NCBI GenBank assembly: GCA_964399675.1
Contig: CAYNRK010000001.1
Location: forward strand, 424-64,423
Reading direction: 5' to 3'
DNA from: an uncultured Gammaproteobacteria bacterium
GTDB taxonomy: Bacteria; Patescibacteriota; Patescibacteriia; UBA9934; GWF2-40-263
DNA: 64,000 nucleotides
Shown here: in pieces, positions 1 to 8,395 of the stretch
Position numbering within the stretch: the first letter of the stretch is position 1
How the letters are laid out: each line of letters begins with the position of its first letter
The notes under the pieces: generated by a model
The model's database searches: none
Seen by the model: the letters and a program-made list of their open reading frames with translations, nothing else
Told to the model about the DNA's origin: nothing
Made by a program: the position numbers and the translations under genes

Positions 1-1090
1 GAGCATCAAGTTCCAGCGGCTCCATTTCCTTCCCAGCAGTTCCTTCTGTAATTTTGTAAACATCCTTATCAATCTTTTTAAGTTCCTTTGACGAAGCGGT
101 GTAGGCTCTTACGGTTGTATCTAAATGTTTGCCAACCCTATTGTGATGATCTTCATAGGCACGCATGTGGCGCATAAGATTTTCTGTTTGCTTTTGAATA
201 TCTTTTACCGACTCTTCAATCTGGAGTGCTTTGAGTCCCAAAATCACAGTTTGAAGATAGGCAAAAAAGCTTGTTGGAGAGACGATCATCACCCCCTTTT
301 CAAATGCGTATTCAATTAAGTTACGGGTATTCACTTTGACAGCACCAACGTCAGCCGTAATCAAGTTGTGATAAACACCCTCAGCTGGAACAAACATGAA
401 TGCAAAGTTAGTTGTTCCCTTTTGAGGTTGAATATATTTTGATGTTTCGTCGATCCTTAGCTTTACATCAGACTTAAACTGCTTTTCCAATTCTTCACGA
501 CGTACAGCATCAGGTTCTTGTGAAATTCTGTTGTAGTTCTCAAGTGAAAATTTTGCATCAATCGGAATGATTAAATCTTTAATAAGTAAGACTGCATCAG
601 GAATCAGTTTTTGGCCAGATTCCTCGTGCACACCAAGTTGGTATTGCATTTTGTATTGTCCAGGAGGAAGAACCTGATTGAGAAGTGTCTCAAGCCAGTA
701 TTCACCAAGAATCCCCCGCTGCTTTGGATTTTTCAAAATATTCTCAAGACTCTGCAGCTGTTCTGAAAAATTAAGGACCTGTTTATTTGTTTCGTCTAAC
801 GTTGTAAGTCGTTCTGTTACGTCTTTGATAATTCCAGATGTGTGTACAAAGTGTTTTTGAAGAGTTGATGACGAATCAGTCATGTTTTTTACAAGCCGAT
901 GATGCATTGAGTCCAATTTTTCATGTACTTCCCTTCTTTGATCGTTTGAGGATTCCTGAATTTCCTTTCGTAAGTCATTAATGAGTTGCAGAGTTGATGA
1001 ATCTAAAGATCCGTCACCATGCTTTTTTGTTGCAAGATAGGCAATGATTAGACCAAGTGCGATTATTACAATAATTAAAAGATATTCCAT
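1..1090 (-). CDS. rmuC: DNA recombination protein RmuC homologue; the C-terminal end runs off the window start, the start codon is at 1090
   Basis: Reverse-strand ORF opens with ATG at 1088-1090 (MEYLLIIVIIALGLIIAYL..., N-terminal TM helix), followed by a long coiled-coil region and a block '...DAVLLIKDLIIPIDAKFSLENY...' that matches the conserved RmuC 'VDAKFPLEAY' region. No stop before position 1, which is why the ORF track omits it. Confidence 0.7.
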   Translation of the reverse strand, partial: MEYLLIIVIIALGLIIAYLATKKHGDGSLDSSTLQLINDLRKEIQESSNDQRREVHEKLDSMHHRLVKNMTDSSSTLQKHFVHTSGIIKDVTERLTTLDETNKQVLNFSEQLQSLENILKNPKQRGILGEYWLETLLNQVLPPGQYKMQYQLGVHEESGQKLIPDAVLLIKDLIIPIDAKFSLENYNRISQEPDAVRREELEKQFKSDVKLRIDETSKYIQPQKGTTNFAFMFVPAEGVYHNLITADVGAVKVNTRNLIEYAFEKGVMIVSPTSFFAYLQTVILGLKALQIEESVKDIQKQTENLMRHMRAYEDHHNRVGKHLDTTVRAYTASSKELKKIDKDVYKITEGTAGKEMEPLELDA

Positions 1091-1192
1091 AAATTTTGTT
1101 TTGACTCACGTGATTTTGAAGGGTATTATGTTCTCGTGTTTGCCCAGTATATCATGATTTTTTAATTATCGATTTCATTTTACGACACTTAA

Positions 1193-1268
1193 GTCCCCGT
1201 AACTCAACAGGATAGAGTGCGTCCCTCCTAAGGACGAAATAGAGGTTCGAGTCCTCTCGGGGATACCA
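1193..1268 (+). tRNA. tRNA-Arg (anticodon CCT), CCA encoded
   Basis: Manual cloverleaf fold: acceptor gtccccg/cggggat, D-stem actc/gagt, anticodon stem cgtcc/ggacg with loop ctCCTaa, T-arm gagg-ttcgagt-cctc, discriminator A plus CCA. Confidence 0.85.
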
Positions 1269-1286
1269 CATTCACTTTCTAAATTT

Positions 1287-1943
1287 ATGGCTTTAATCGA
1301 CAAGTACAGTGCCCTCCTCTTTGATCTTGATGGTTTGATGTTCAATACAGAAGAAATTGCACATGAAGCAATCAGTTACGTGGTTTCAAAATTTGGGGGT
1401 ACATTTTCAGATGAAATACATTCAAAGATTTTAGGTACACAAGCTCTTTATTATGTACCCTACATAATAAAGGACACCGGAATTGATTGCACAGTTGATG
1501 AGTTTAGACGACTAGAAAGAGAAAGGTTTTTTGAGAACTATGATCAGAAGGTCAAAAAGCTGCCAGGTTTAGATCAAATACTTGATCTTGGAAGGGTTTC
1601 TGGAAAGAAGATGGCTGTTGTAACTAGCTCTACACTCAGTTCAGCAAAAAAGAAACTTGGAGCTTTCGATTTAGAGGATTTTTTTGATGGGCTGATTACA
1701 GCAGACATGATTGAAAACGGAAAACCAGCTCCTGATGCGTATATTGTAGGAGCAAAATCTTTAGGGTTTTCACCAAATGAGTGCATAGTTCTTGAAGATG
1801 CAGAAAACGGCGTTGAGGCTGGTCATCGAGCAGGAGCCTTTACAATTGCAGTTCCAAATAGATTTAATGCTAAATGCGCTTTTAACTCAGCTGATTTTGT
1901 TTGTTCTGATTTACACCAGGCTGTTGAGTATCTAAGCATTTAG
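1287..1943 (+). CDS. HAD-superfamily hydrolase (beta-phosphoglucomutase-like, subfamily IA)
   Basis: N-terminal 'LLFDLDGLMFNTE' HAD motif I, a later 'VTSS' motif II-like region, and 'LEDAENGVEAGHRAG' motif IV. Confidence 0.8.
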   Translation: MALIDKYSALLFDLDGLMFNTEEIAHEAISYVVSKFGGTFSDEIHSKILGTQALYYVPYIIKDTGIDCTVDEFRRLERERFFENYDQKVKKLPGLDQILDLGRVSGKKMAVVTSSTLSSAKKKLGAFDLEDFFDGLITADMIENGKPAPDAYIVGAKSLGFSPNECIVLEDAENGVEAGHRAGAFTIAVPNRFNAKCAFNSADFVCSDLHQAVEYLSI

Positions 1944-2019
1944 GGCCCTTAGCTCAGTTGGCTAGAGCGTCGCATTCGCATTGCGAAGGCCAGCGGTTCG
2001 AATCCGCTAGGGTCCACCA
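1943..2019 (+). tRNA. tRNA-Ala (anticodon CGC), CCA encoded; its 5' end overlaps the HAD stop codon by 1 nt
   Basis: gggccct acceptor with a G3:U70 wobble (the Ala identity element), anticodon stem tcgca/tgcga with loop ttCGCat, canonical T-arm ggttcgaatcc. Confidence 0.85.
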
Positions 2020-2040
2020 AGTTTAATAAATATTCAAATT

Positions 2041-2484
2041 ATGAAGCCAGGCACCGATTATACAGGGGTTACAACTGCTTTTTACTGTACTGATGGAAGT
2101 GGCAGGTTTCTTTTTCACAAAAGGAGCGAGAGCTGTAGAGATGAGCACGGAAAATGGGATTGTGGTGGTGGAAAATTGGAGTTCGGGTGTTCATTAAAAG
2201 AAAATGTTTTGCGAGAAGTTCAGGAGGAATACGGTTGTCCAGGAAAGATATTAAAGCAACTTCCTGCGCATTCAATGCATCGAGAATGGAAAGGTAAAGC
2301 TTTGCATTGGGTTGCTATATCTTTTATTGTTTTAATTAAAGCATCAGAAGCCAGAAATAATGAACCTGAGAAAATTTGTGAAATCGGATGGTTTGAATTA
2401 GATAATCTTCCTAGTCCACTTCATCCAGCAGTTAAAAAGGAAGTTAAAGACAGCCTTGAAGTTTTTAAGAAGTATTCAAAATAG
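2041..2484 (+). CDS. NUDIX hydrolase
   Basis: Clear Nudix box 'GGGKLEFGCSLKENVLREVQEEYG' (GX5EX7REUXEEXGU). Confidence 0.8.
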   Translation: MKPGTDYTGVTTAFYCTDGSGRFLFHKRSESCRDEHGKWDCGGGKLEFGCSLKENVLREVQEEYGCPGKILKQLPAHSMHREWKGKALHWVAISFIVLIKASEARNNEPEKICEIGWFELDNLPSPLHPAVKKEVKDSLEVFKKYSK

Positions 2485-2493
2485 AAAAAAGAA

Positions 2494-2524
2494 GTGCCGA
2501 TGTTCAACCATCGGTATTTTGTTT
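2494..2524 (+). terminator. Rho-independent terminator after the NUDIX gene
   Basis: Hairpin gccgatg-ttcaac-catcggt followed by a T-run. Confidence 0.6.
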
Positions 2525-2776
2525 CTCGAGAAACAAAGAAAAAATTGAAAAAATATAAGAATTTGCTAATATTAGTAAAGAAATTGATACTGTCGTTTTT
2601 TCTTCGGAATCTTAATTTAATTTTACGACACGTCGTTGTCCACACCTGCGTAGACAAAACTCAAAATCTGTGGATAAGCAGGCCATTTTTGGCCACTTTT
2701 TGATTTTGAACAAAAATAAACGTTTTTTTGACCTATTTGTGGGTAACTTTTTAGCTAAGATTAGCTAAATTCTCCG

Positions 2777-2805
2777 TTGACTACTTTTGGTATTCATGGT
2801 ATACT
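2777..2805 (+). promoter_or_regulatory. Sigma70-like promoter of the surface-protein operon (TTGACT-17-TATACT), preceded by two TTAGCTAA palindromes at 2751-2758 and 2761-2768
   Basis: Near-consensus -35 and -10 hexamers with a 17-nt spacer. The promoter overlaps the ORF-track start at 2787, so the real start is the ATG at 2826. Confidence 0.55.
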
Positions 2806-2825
2806 GTATTTGTATAGGTAGAACT

Positions 2826-3731
2826 ATGTTCAAACGCATTCTTACCTTTTCAATTGTGGGGATTTTTCTATATGTGAACTTTGTTCACGCAGAAATGTCC
2901 TCAACAAATTACAAGATTAGGTGGGACTCGTTCAGCACCGGTGGTTCTGATACATCAAGCTCAGCGAGTTATATTGTGCGAGATTCTATTACAGCTACAG
3001 CCACAGGATCTGGGTCCAGCTCTTCCTATCAACTACAGGACGGTTACGCGTCTGCCATTGATGATCAGATCATCTCATTCTCTCTAAAGATCCAAGATGT
3101 ATCAGACGAGCGAACTGCAACAGCTTTGGCAAGTACAACCGTGACAACGGATACAACAGGGGTTTCGGTTGATGATTACATACTCATTGTTCAAGACAAG
3201 GGTGCAAGTCAGGTGAGTGCCATTGGAAAGGTTTCTTCAATAGGAGCGGGCACACTGACTGTTGACTCGCTCACAACTTCTGGAAGCACACCCACAATTG
3301 ATGGAACAAACGATTATGTCTATCAACTAGATGGAAGCGCGATCACATATCCTACATTAAGTGATTCATATGTAAGAACAGCTGTGATCGGGTTTGAAGT
3401 CAGTTCACGGGTTGATAACGGATACGTTGTGCAGGTACTTGAAGATGGAAACATGAGAAATGATTCTGATGATATTGACGATGTGTCAGACGGTACAGTT
3501 ACCGCAGGAAGTGAAGAGTATGGTGCGCGTTCATCAGATTCATCATTATCAAACTCAACATTTGATACTGAAGATGCAGCAATCACGACTTCGTTTAAAG
3601 AAGTCGCTTCAACCACTTCTATGAGTTATGAAAGCCGGAACTTCATTACATTGAAAGCGGCAATTGCCACAGAAACACAGGCTGGATCGTATAGTCACAT
3701 CATCTCACTTATTGCTTCTGGAAATTACTGA
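2826..3731 (+). CDS. Secreted Ser/Thr-rich protein of unknown function, first gene of the surface operon
   Basis: Start moved to the ATG at 2826 (MFKRILTFSIVGIFLYVNFVHA = signal peptide), downstream of the predicted promoter. S/T/D-rich sequence with no recognisable catalytic motif. Confidence 0.55.
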   Translation: MFKRILTFSIVGIFLYVNFVHAEMSSTNYKIRWDSFSTGGSDTSSSASYIVRDSITATATGSGSSSSYQLQDGYASAIDDQIISFSLKIQDVSDERTATALASTTVTTDTTGVSVDDYILIVQDKGASQVSAIGKVSSIGAGTLTVDSLTTSGSTPTIDGTNDYVYQLDGSAITYPTLSDSYVRTAVIGFEVSSRVDNGYVVQVLEDGNMRNDSDDIDDVSDGTVTAGSEEYGARSSDSSLSNSTFDTEDAAITTSFKEVASTTSMSYESRNFITLKAAIATETQAGSYSHIISLIASGNY

Positions 3732-3732
3732 T

Positions 3733-4659
3733 ATGAAACGAGCTCTTTCCATTATCTGCTTCGTTGTTCTCGCATGGATTCCTTGCGCTGCATTTGGCGC
3801 CACTGTTGCACCGGCTTTAATTGAAGTAAGTGCAAGCCGCGGAGAAACAATTGAAAGTTTTTTTCAGGTGATCAATGCAAGTACAACTGAGCAGAAATAT
3901 TATCTGGGTGTGATGAAGTTTGAACCAACTGAAGGAACTGGAGCACCTTCCTTTATCTCGTATGAAAAAGATCGTTCCGGTCTTCCGGAATGGATCGATT
4001 TTCAAGTGAATGAATTTCCAGTGCCAGCAAATTCCAAGGTGGATGTACCGTTTACCATTGCCATTCCAGATGACATTTCCTCAGGAGGATATTATTCCGC
4101 ACTTACTGTCTCAAACGCTCCGCACGATATCGTTGCAACCAATGGTGCGATTGTGGATGCAAAGACAGCCGTGCTTGTTCTTTTAACGGTTGAAGGTGAA
4201 ACAAACGAAAGCGCAGTGCTTTTAGATCTTGTTTCAGACGTTGAGGGTAAGGCAGTCTCTTCAATAAAAGGAGAGTTTGTATATCGTATTCAAAACCAAG
4301 GTAATGTTCATGTTAGGCCAGAAGGCGTTCTCAGATTCAAGGATGTCTTTGGTAGGCAGATTTATTCTCAAGCCGTGAATGAAAAACAGGGAAGGGTCCT
4401 GCCATCATCAACAAGAACTTACAAAGAAGAAGTTGATCTTGGTGAAAATAGTTTTCTTGGAGCACTGAACTTTCAAATGAGAACATTGCTTGTTGGTCCT
4501 GTTACAGCTGAACTTGATTTGAAATATGGACAACAAGGACAATTGTTTGCAAAGACAAGTTTCTGGTTTGTTCCATGGCAGTTAATGATCTCGATTCTGA
4601 TTCTCGTCATTGTCGTTGTGTCCCTTTATAAAAAAAGTGCTAGGAGGTCTCGCACATAA
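3733..4659 (+). CDS. Cell-surface protein with N-terminal signal peptide and C-terminal TM anchor plus basic tail
   Basis: ATG at 3733 (MKRALSIICFVVLAWIPCAAFG), 2 nt after the upstream stop. The C-terminus 'WQLMISILILVIVVVSLYKKSARRSRT' is a TM helix followed by a positively charged tail. The architecture resembles DUF916-type surface-anchored proteins, at low confidence. Confidence 0.55.
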   Translation: MKRALSIICFVVLAWIPCAAFGATVAPALIEVSASRGETIESFFQVINASTTEQKYYLGVMKFEPTEGTGAPSFISYEKDRSGLPEWIDFQVNEFPVPANSKVDVPFTIAIPDDISSGGYYSALTVSNAPHDIVATNGAIVDAKTAVLVLLTVEGETNESAVLLDLVSDVEGKAVSSIKGEFVYRIQNQGNVHVRPEGVLRFKDVFGRQIYSQAVNEKQGRVLPSSTRTYKEEVDLGENSFLGALNFQMRTLLVGPVTAELDLKYGQQGQLFAKTSFWFVPWQLMISILILVIVVVSLYKKSARRSRT

Positions 4660-4672
4660 TTAGATCCCATGT

Positions 4673-7600
4673 GTGCAAAGTACAATTCGAAACATTTGGT
4701 ACACCCTATCAGTCGCGGCTATTTCAGTGGCGATTGTTGTGGTTGCGCCAGTGCATGCTGCAACCGTAACTAGTGGAAACGATTATCCGTCTACTTTGCA
4801 AACAAGTCAGGCGTCTAATCACAAGGTGTTCTTTACAACTCCAACAGGTGTGTCCGAGGGTTCAACAATAACCCTCACATTTGAATCAGAGTTTGATACA
4901 TCATCTATTACAGAAAACGATGTTGATATAGATGATGATGGGATTGATCTTACAACAGCTGCAAATTGTTCAGGATCTGAGGAAGCTTCCATTGCGATTG
5001 CTTCAGACGTTATAACAATAACGATCTGTTCAGGAGACGGTGGTGCAATTGCTGCGACAAGTGTTGTCACCATCGAGATCGGGGATAATGCGACAAGTTC
5101 TGGCACGGGCTCTAATCAGATCACCAACCCATCAGTAACCGCAAACTACAATCTCAATATTGCAGGAACTTTTGGAGATTCCGGATCCATTATTCTACCT
5201 ATTGGATCTGACGATTCTATAGTTGTCAGTGGAATTGTTCTTGGGGGCGGTGGAGGCGGTGGTGGAGGAGGAGGAGGTGATGAACCTGAACCGGAAGAAC
5301 CAGATGATGCAACAGCTCCTGTAATCAGCAATATCCTGACTTCAGAGATAACAACCACTTCAGCAACGATTACCTGGGATACTGATGAATCAGCAAATAG
5401 CTTTGTCGATTATGGTTTAACAGAAGAATTTGAAAGTGGTACTGAGAGTGATGCAAGTTTTGTTACACCTCATTCCATTGGTCTAAGTGGGCTTACAGAG
5501 GGGGCAACATATTCTTTCCGTATTCGATCTCAAGACAGTAGTTCTAATGAAGTAACTTCTGCAACACAAACTTTCACAACCCTTGATGAAACAGCGCCGG
5601 TCGTCACAGACATTGATGTAGTAGATATCACAACCACGTCAGCGCGCATTACATGGACGACAGATGAAGCAGCATCGAGCGCGGTTGAGTATGGTCTGAC
5701 AGATGAGTATGGAGATACAGAATCAGACGTTGCACTAGTTACTGATCATTCAGTGATTCTTACTGATCTTACTGATAACACCTCGTACAATTTCCGGATT
5801 ATTTCTGCGGATGCTTCTTCCAATCAGGTAACCACTGAAGATGCAACATTCACAACAGATGAAGATCTTCCACCAGCAAACGTGTCGGGTTTAAGTCTTA
5901 CAGCTGGAGACGGGGAGATAACTGTGACAATGACGAATCCTGAAGATAGTGATTTAGAAGGAGTGAAAATTATTGTTTGTGAAGATGAGGCACCATCCGG
6001 TCCACAAGATCCAGACTGTGAAATAATTTTTGACGGACTTTCAGAAACGTTTACACACATAGGACTCACCAATGGCAACATTTATTACTATGGAGTTTTT
6101 GCCTATGACAGGGCAGGGCAGTTCTCTTCTGGTGCGATTGAATCAGGTACACCAATCGCGCTAGAAGATGAGGTGCAGGAAGAAGAGGAGCCCGAAGCTG
6201 AGGAGCCCGAAGTGGGCGCCGAAGCTGAGGAATCCTTAGAAGATTCTGAAGACGCAGCAGATTCTGGATTAGGAGATTCGGCCGGTGAAGCGGGCGAATC
6301 AGATGATTCAGATGATGGAGCATCTTCAGGTGCTGACATCCCATCAGACACGAGTACGGGGTCAGATTCTGGTACAGGTTCGGGTACTGGAAGTTCGTCC
6401 TCTGGAGTGTCAGGAGATTCTTCTCTGCAAGGCGCAGTTGAAGGTCAATTGGATCGCACAGATGTGCGCATCCTCGTTGGTGCCGGTAAATTGATTCTTC
6501 GATCCACAAGCTCAGGTGTGATCGAGATAATCAAAGACACTAAGGTCACCATAGAGATTCCCGCAAGTGAGCTGGGTCAGGGAATCGTCAAGTCTGTCCA
6601 ACTAACAGTTGGATCAGATACATATCTTATGCGTCCCGTTACAGAAGGGGACGTGCACGCTCTTTATCGTTTTGAGCGCTCAAGCAAGAAACTCTCTCAG
6701 GGATCGCGCATTACCCTTGCGCAGTTCCAAGAGGAACCGATAGAGGCCTATCAGGCCGGCGTTGTTATTCCTTCTGAGCTTGGTTTGCATGAGCTCACGA
6801 TTACCGCCACGTATGAGAACAACAAAACCTCTTTTGTTTCTTCATACCTCAGCGTCCTGGCAGCCGGTCAGGTCATTGGGGACATCGATGGTGAAGAAAC
6901 TACACTTGGTGAAGTTGCTCTTACAGTTCACGAGAAAATTGGAAAAGAATTTATTGTCTGGGATGGGTCGTCCTATAATCAATTCAATCCATACGTGACA
7001 ACAAGCGGTTCGTTTGCTTGGTATGTTCCAAACGGAACTTACAAAGTCGTTGCCTCAGCCAATGGGTTTGAGGTGTATGACTCAGGAGCGTTCATTGTAA
7101 GCAACTCCATCATCAATCCACTTGTTGTGCTTCTTCCTCTGGTCAAGGAAGAGCCGGACAATGTGTTGCAAGAGGTTGCGCTGGCAACAACAGAAGTGGC
7201 GACAACTGTTGTTGAAGCAGTAACCGAAACATTCAGCGCTGTTACAGAATCAGAAGTGGCAAAAGCCATTGATGAAGGATTGGAAGCGGTTCGTGAGCTT
7301 CCTGGTGTAGAGGAAGCTGCCGAAATCTCAGTTCCAACCTTAGCGGTTACTGCAGGTGCAAGCGTTGTGGTGATGACAATTGCGTTCGATTTTCTACCAC
7401 TTCTTCAATATTTTTTCACTGCCCCAATTCTATTTTTTGGGCGCAGACGGCGAAAGGGCCATGGTGTTATTTATAACGCCATTTCAAAAGAGCCCGTGGA
7501 CTTAGCCGTGGTCCGACTCTTTCAACTTGATGCGAAAAATCCAACAGCGCGCGGGAAATTGGTCAAATCTCGTGTAACCGGAAAAGGTGGTCAGTACTTT

Positions 7601-8395
7601 TTCTTGGTAAAGCCTGGAATATATCGCATTGAAGCCACAAAGGCTGGATTCGATTTCCCATCGAGTTTCTTGAAAGAGAAAAAAACTGACGGTTCTTACC
7701 TTGATGTATATCACGGCGAGACCGTTACGGTTCGTGATGAAGGAGCAATCATCTCAGCGAATGTTCCTATAGATCCATCACAATCAGCAAAATTCACCAC
7801 ACCAGCAAAGATCATTTTCCAAGAACGGTTGCGAATGGTGCAACGTGGAATTGCATATGCAGGAATCCTTGCTTCAGTGGTGTTTGCAATCATTCGACCC
7901 GACATGCTTGCGGTCGGAATGGTTGTTGTACAGGGCGGTGTGTATTACCTGGCACATCGATTAGCTGCACCGCCCAAGTTGCGTAGTTGGGGAATTGTAT
8001 ATGACGAACAAACCAAACGTCCTCTTGCAAACGCTGTAGCTCGTATCTTTGAACCAAAGTACAACAAACTGCTTGAAACAAAGATAACTGATAGTAAAGG
8101 ACGTTATGCATTCTTGCTTGGTCCAAGTAAGTATTACGCTGTGTTTGAAAAACAAGGATTCCGTCCAACACAACTTAAGGGAATCGATTATCAAGGGAAT
8201 CAAGCGGCAACACCGTTTACAGAAGATGTTGGTATGAAGTCAGTTGATGGAAGCACGTCTCAAATGCCTCTTATAAATTCTTCTACCCCCTCGACAAGCT
8301 CGGGGAGTATTAACGAGAAAAAAATATCGCCTGAGCCTGTCGAAGGCCAGCAGTTAGACAGAGATCCAGACGATAAAACTCAATTCCAATTATGA
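4673..8395 (+). CDS. Large surface protein (1240 aa): signal peptide, tandem fibronectin-III-like domains, poly-Gly/acidic linkers, carboxypeptidase-regulatory-like beta-sandwich repeats and C-terminal TM helices
   Basis: Repeated blocks 'TSATITWDTDE..S.VDYGLT.E..S..S......H...L..L...T.Y.FRI.S.D.S.N' are FN3-like. The blocks 'GKGGQYFFLVKPGIYRIEATKAGFDFP' and 'GRYAFLLGPSKYYAVFEKQGFRP' are carboxypeptidase-regulatory-like. There is a G14 tract and E/D-rich low-complexity sequence, and hydrophobic helices near residues 880-960. Confidence 0.6.
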   Translation: MQSTIRNIWYTLSVAAISVAIVVVAPVHAATVTSGNDYPSTLQTSQASNHKVFFTTPTGVSEGSTITLTFESEFDTSSITENDVDIDDDGIDLTTAANCSGSEEASIAIASDVITITICSGDGGAIAATSVVTIEIGDNATSSGTGSNQITNPSVTANYNLNIAGTFGDSGSIILPIGSDDSIVVSGIVLGGGGGGGGGGGGDEPEPEEPDDATAPVISNILTSEITTTSATITWDTDESANSFVDYGLTEEFESGTESDASFVTPHSIGLSGLTEGATYSFRIRSQDSSSNEVTSATQTFTTLDETAPVVTDIDVVDITTTSARITWTTDEAASSAVEYGLTDEYGDTESDVALVTDHSVILTDLTDNTSYNFRIISADASSNQVTTEDATFTTDEDLPPANVSGLSLTAGDGEITVTMTNPEDSDLEGVKIIVCEDEAPSGPQDPDCEIIFDGLSETFTHIGLTNGNIYYYGVFAYDRAGQFSSGAIESGTPIALEDEVQEEEEPEAEEPEVGAEAEESLEDSEDAADSGLGDSAGEAGESDDSDDGASSGADIPSDTSTGSDSGTGSGTGSSSSGVSGDSSLQGAVEGQLDRTDVRILVGAGKLILRSTSSGVIEIIKDTKVTIEIPASELGQGIVKSVQLTVGSDTYLMRPVTEGDVHALYRFERSSKKLSQGSRITLAQFQEEPIEAYQAGVVIPSELGLHELTITATYENNKTSFVSSYLSVLAAGQVIGDIDGEETTLGEVALTVHEKIGKEFIVWDGSSYNQFNPYVTTSGSFAWYVPNGTYKVVASANGFEVYDSGAFIVSNSIINPLVVLLPLVKEEPDNVLQEVALATTEVATTVVEAVTETFSAVTESEVAKAIDEGLEAVRELPGVEEAAEISVPTLAVTAGASVVVMTIAFDFLPLLQYFFTAPILFFGRRRRKGHGVIYNAISKEPVDLAVVRLFQLDAKNPTARGKLVKSRVTGKGGQYFFLVKPGIYRIEATKAGFDFPSSFLKEKKTDGSYLDVYHGETVTVRDEGAIISANVPIDPSQSAKFTTPAKIIFQERLRMVQRGIAYAGILASVVFAIIRPDMLAVGMVVVQGGVYYLAHRLAAPPKLRSWGIVYDEQTKRPLANAVARIFEPKYNKLLETKITDSKGRYAFLLGPSKYYAVFEKQGFRPTQLKGIDYQGNQAATPFTEDVGMKSVDGSTSQMPLINSSTPSTSSGSINEKKISPEPVEGQQLDRDPDDKTQFQL

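Noticed and set aside
2787-2825. ORF-track start at 2787 for the first surface gene, and similarly 3664 for the second gene, 18400 for the Wzy/TPR gene, 28025, 32632, 48257, 48744 and 54110
   Set aside because: These upstream Met codons run over promoters, repeats, neighbouring genes or a tRNA. Downstream ATGs give signal peptides, SDs or canonical N-termini, so the starts were trimmed.
5243-5280. Poly-glycine tract (G14) as a possible slipped-strand phase-variation site
   Set aside because: It is encoded by mixed GGN codons (ggg ggc ggt gga…) and not by a mononucleotide or short tandem repeat, so slippage-driven frameshifting is unlikely.
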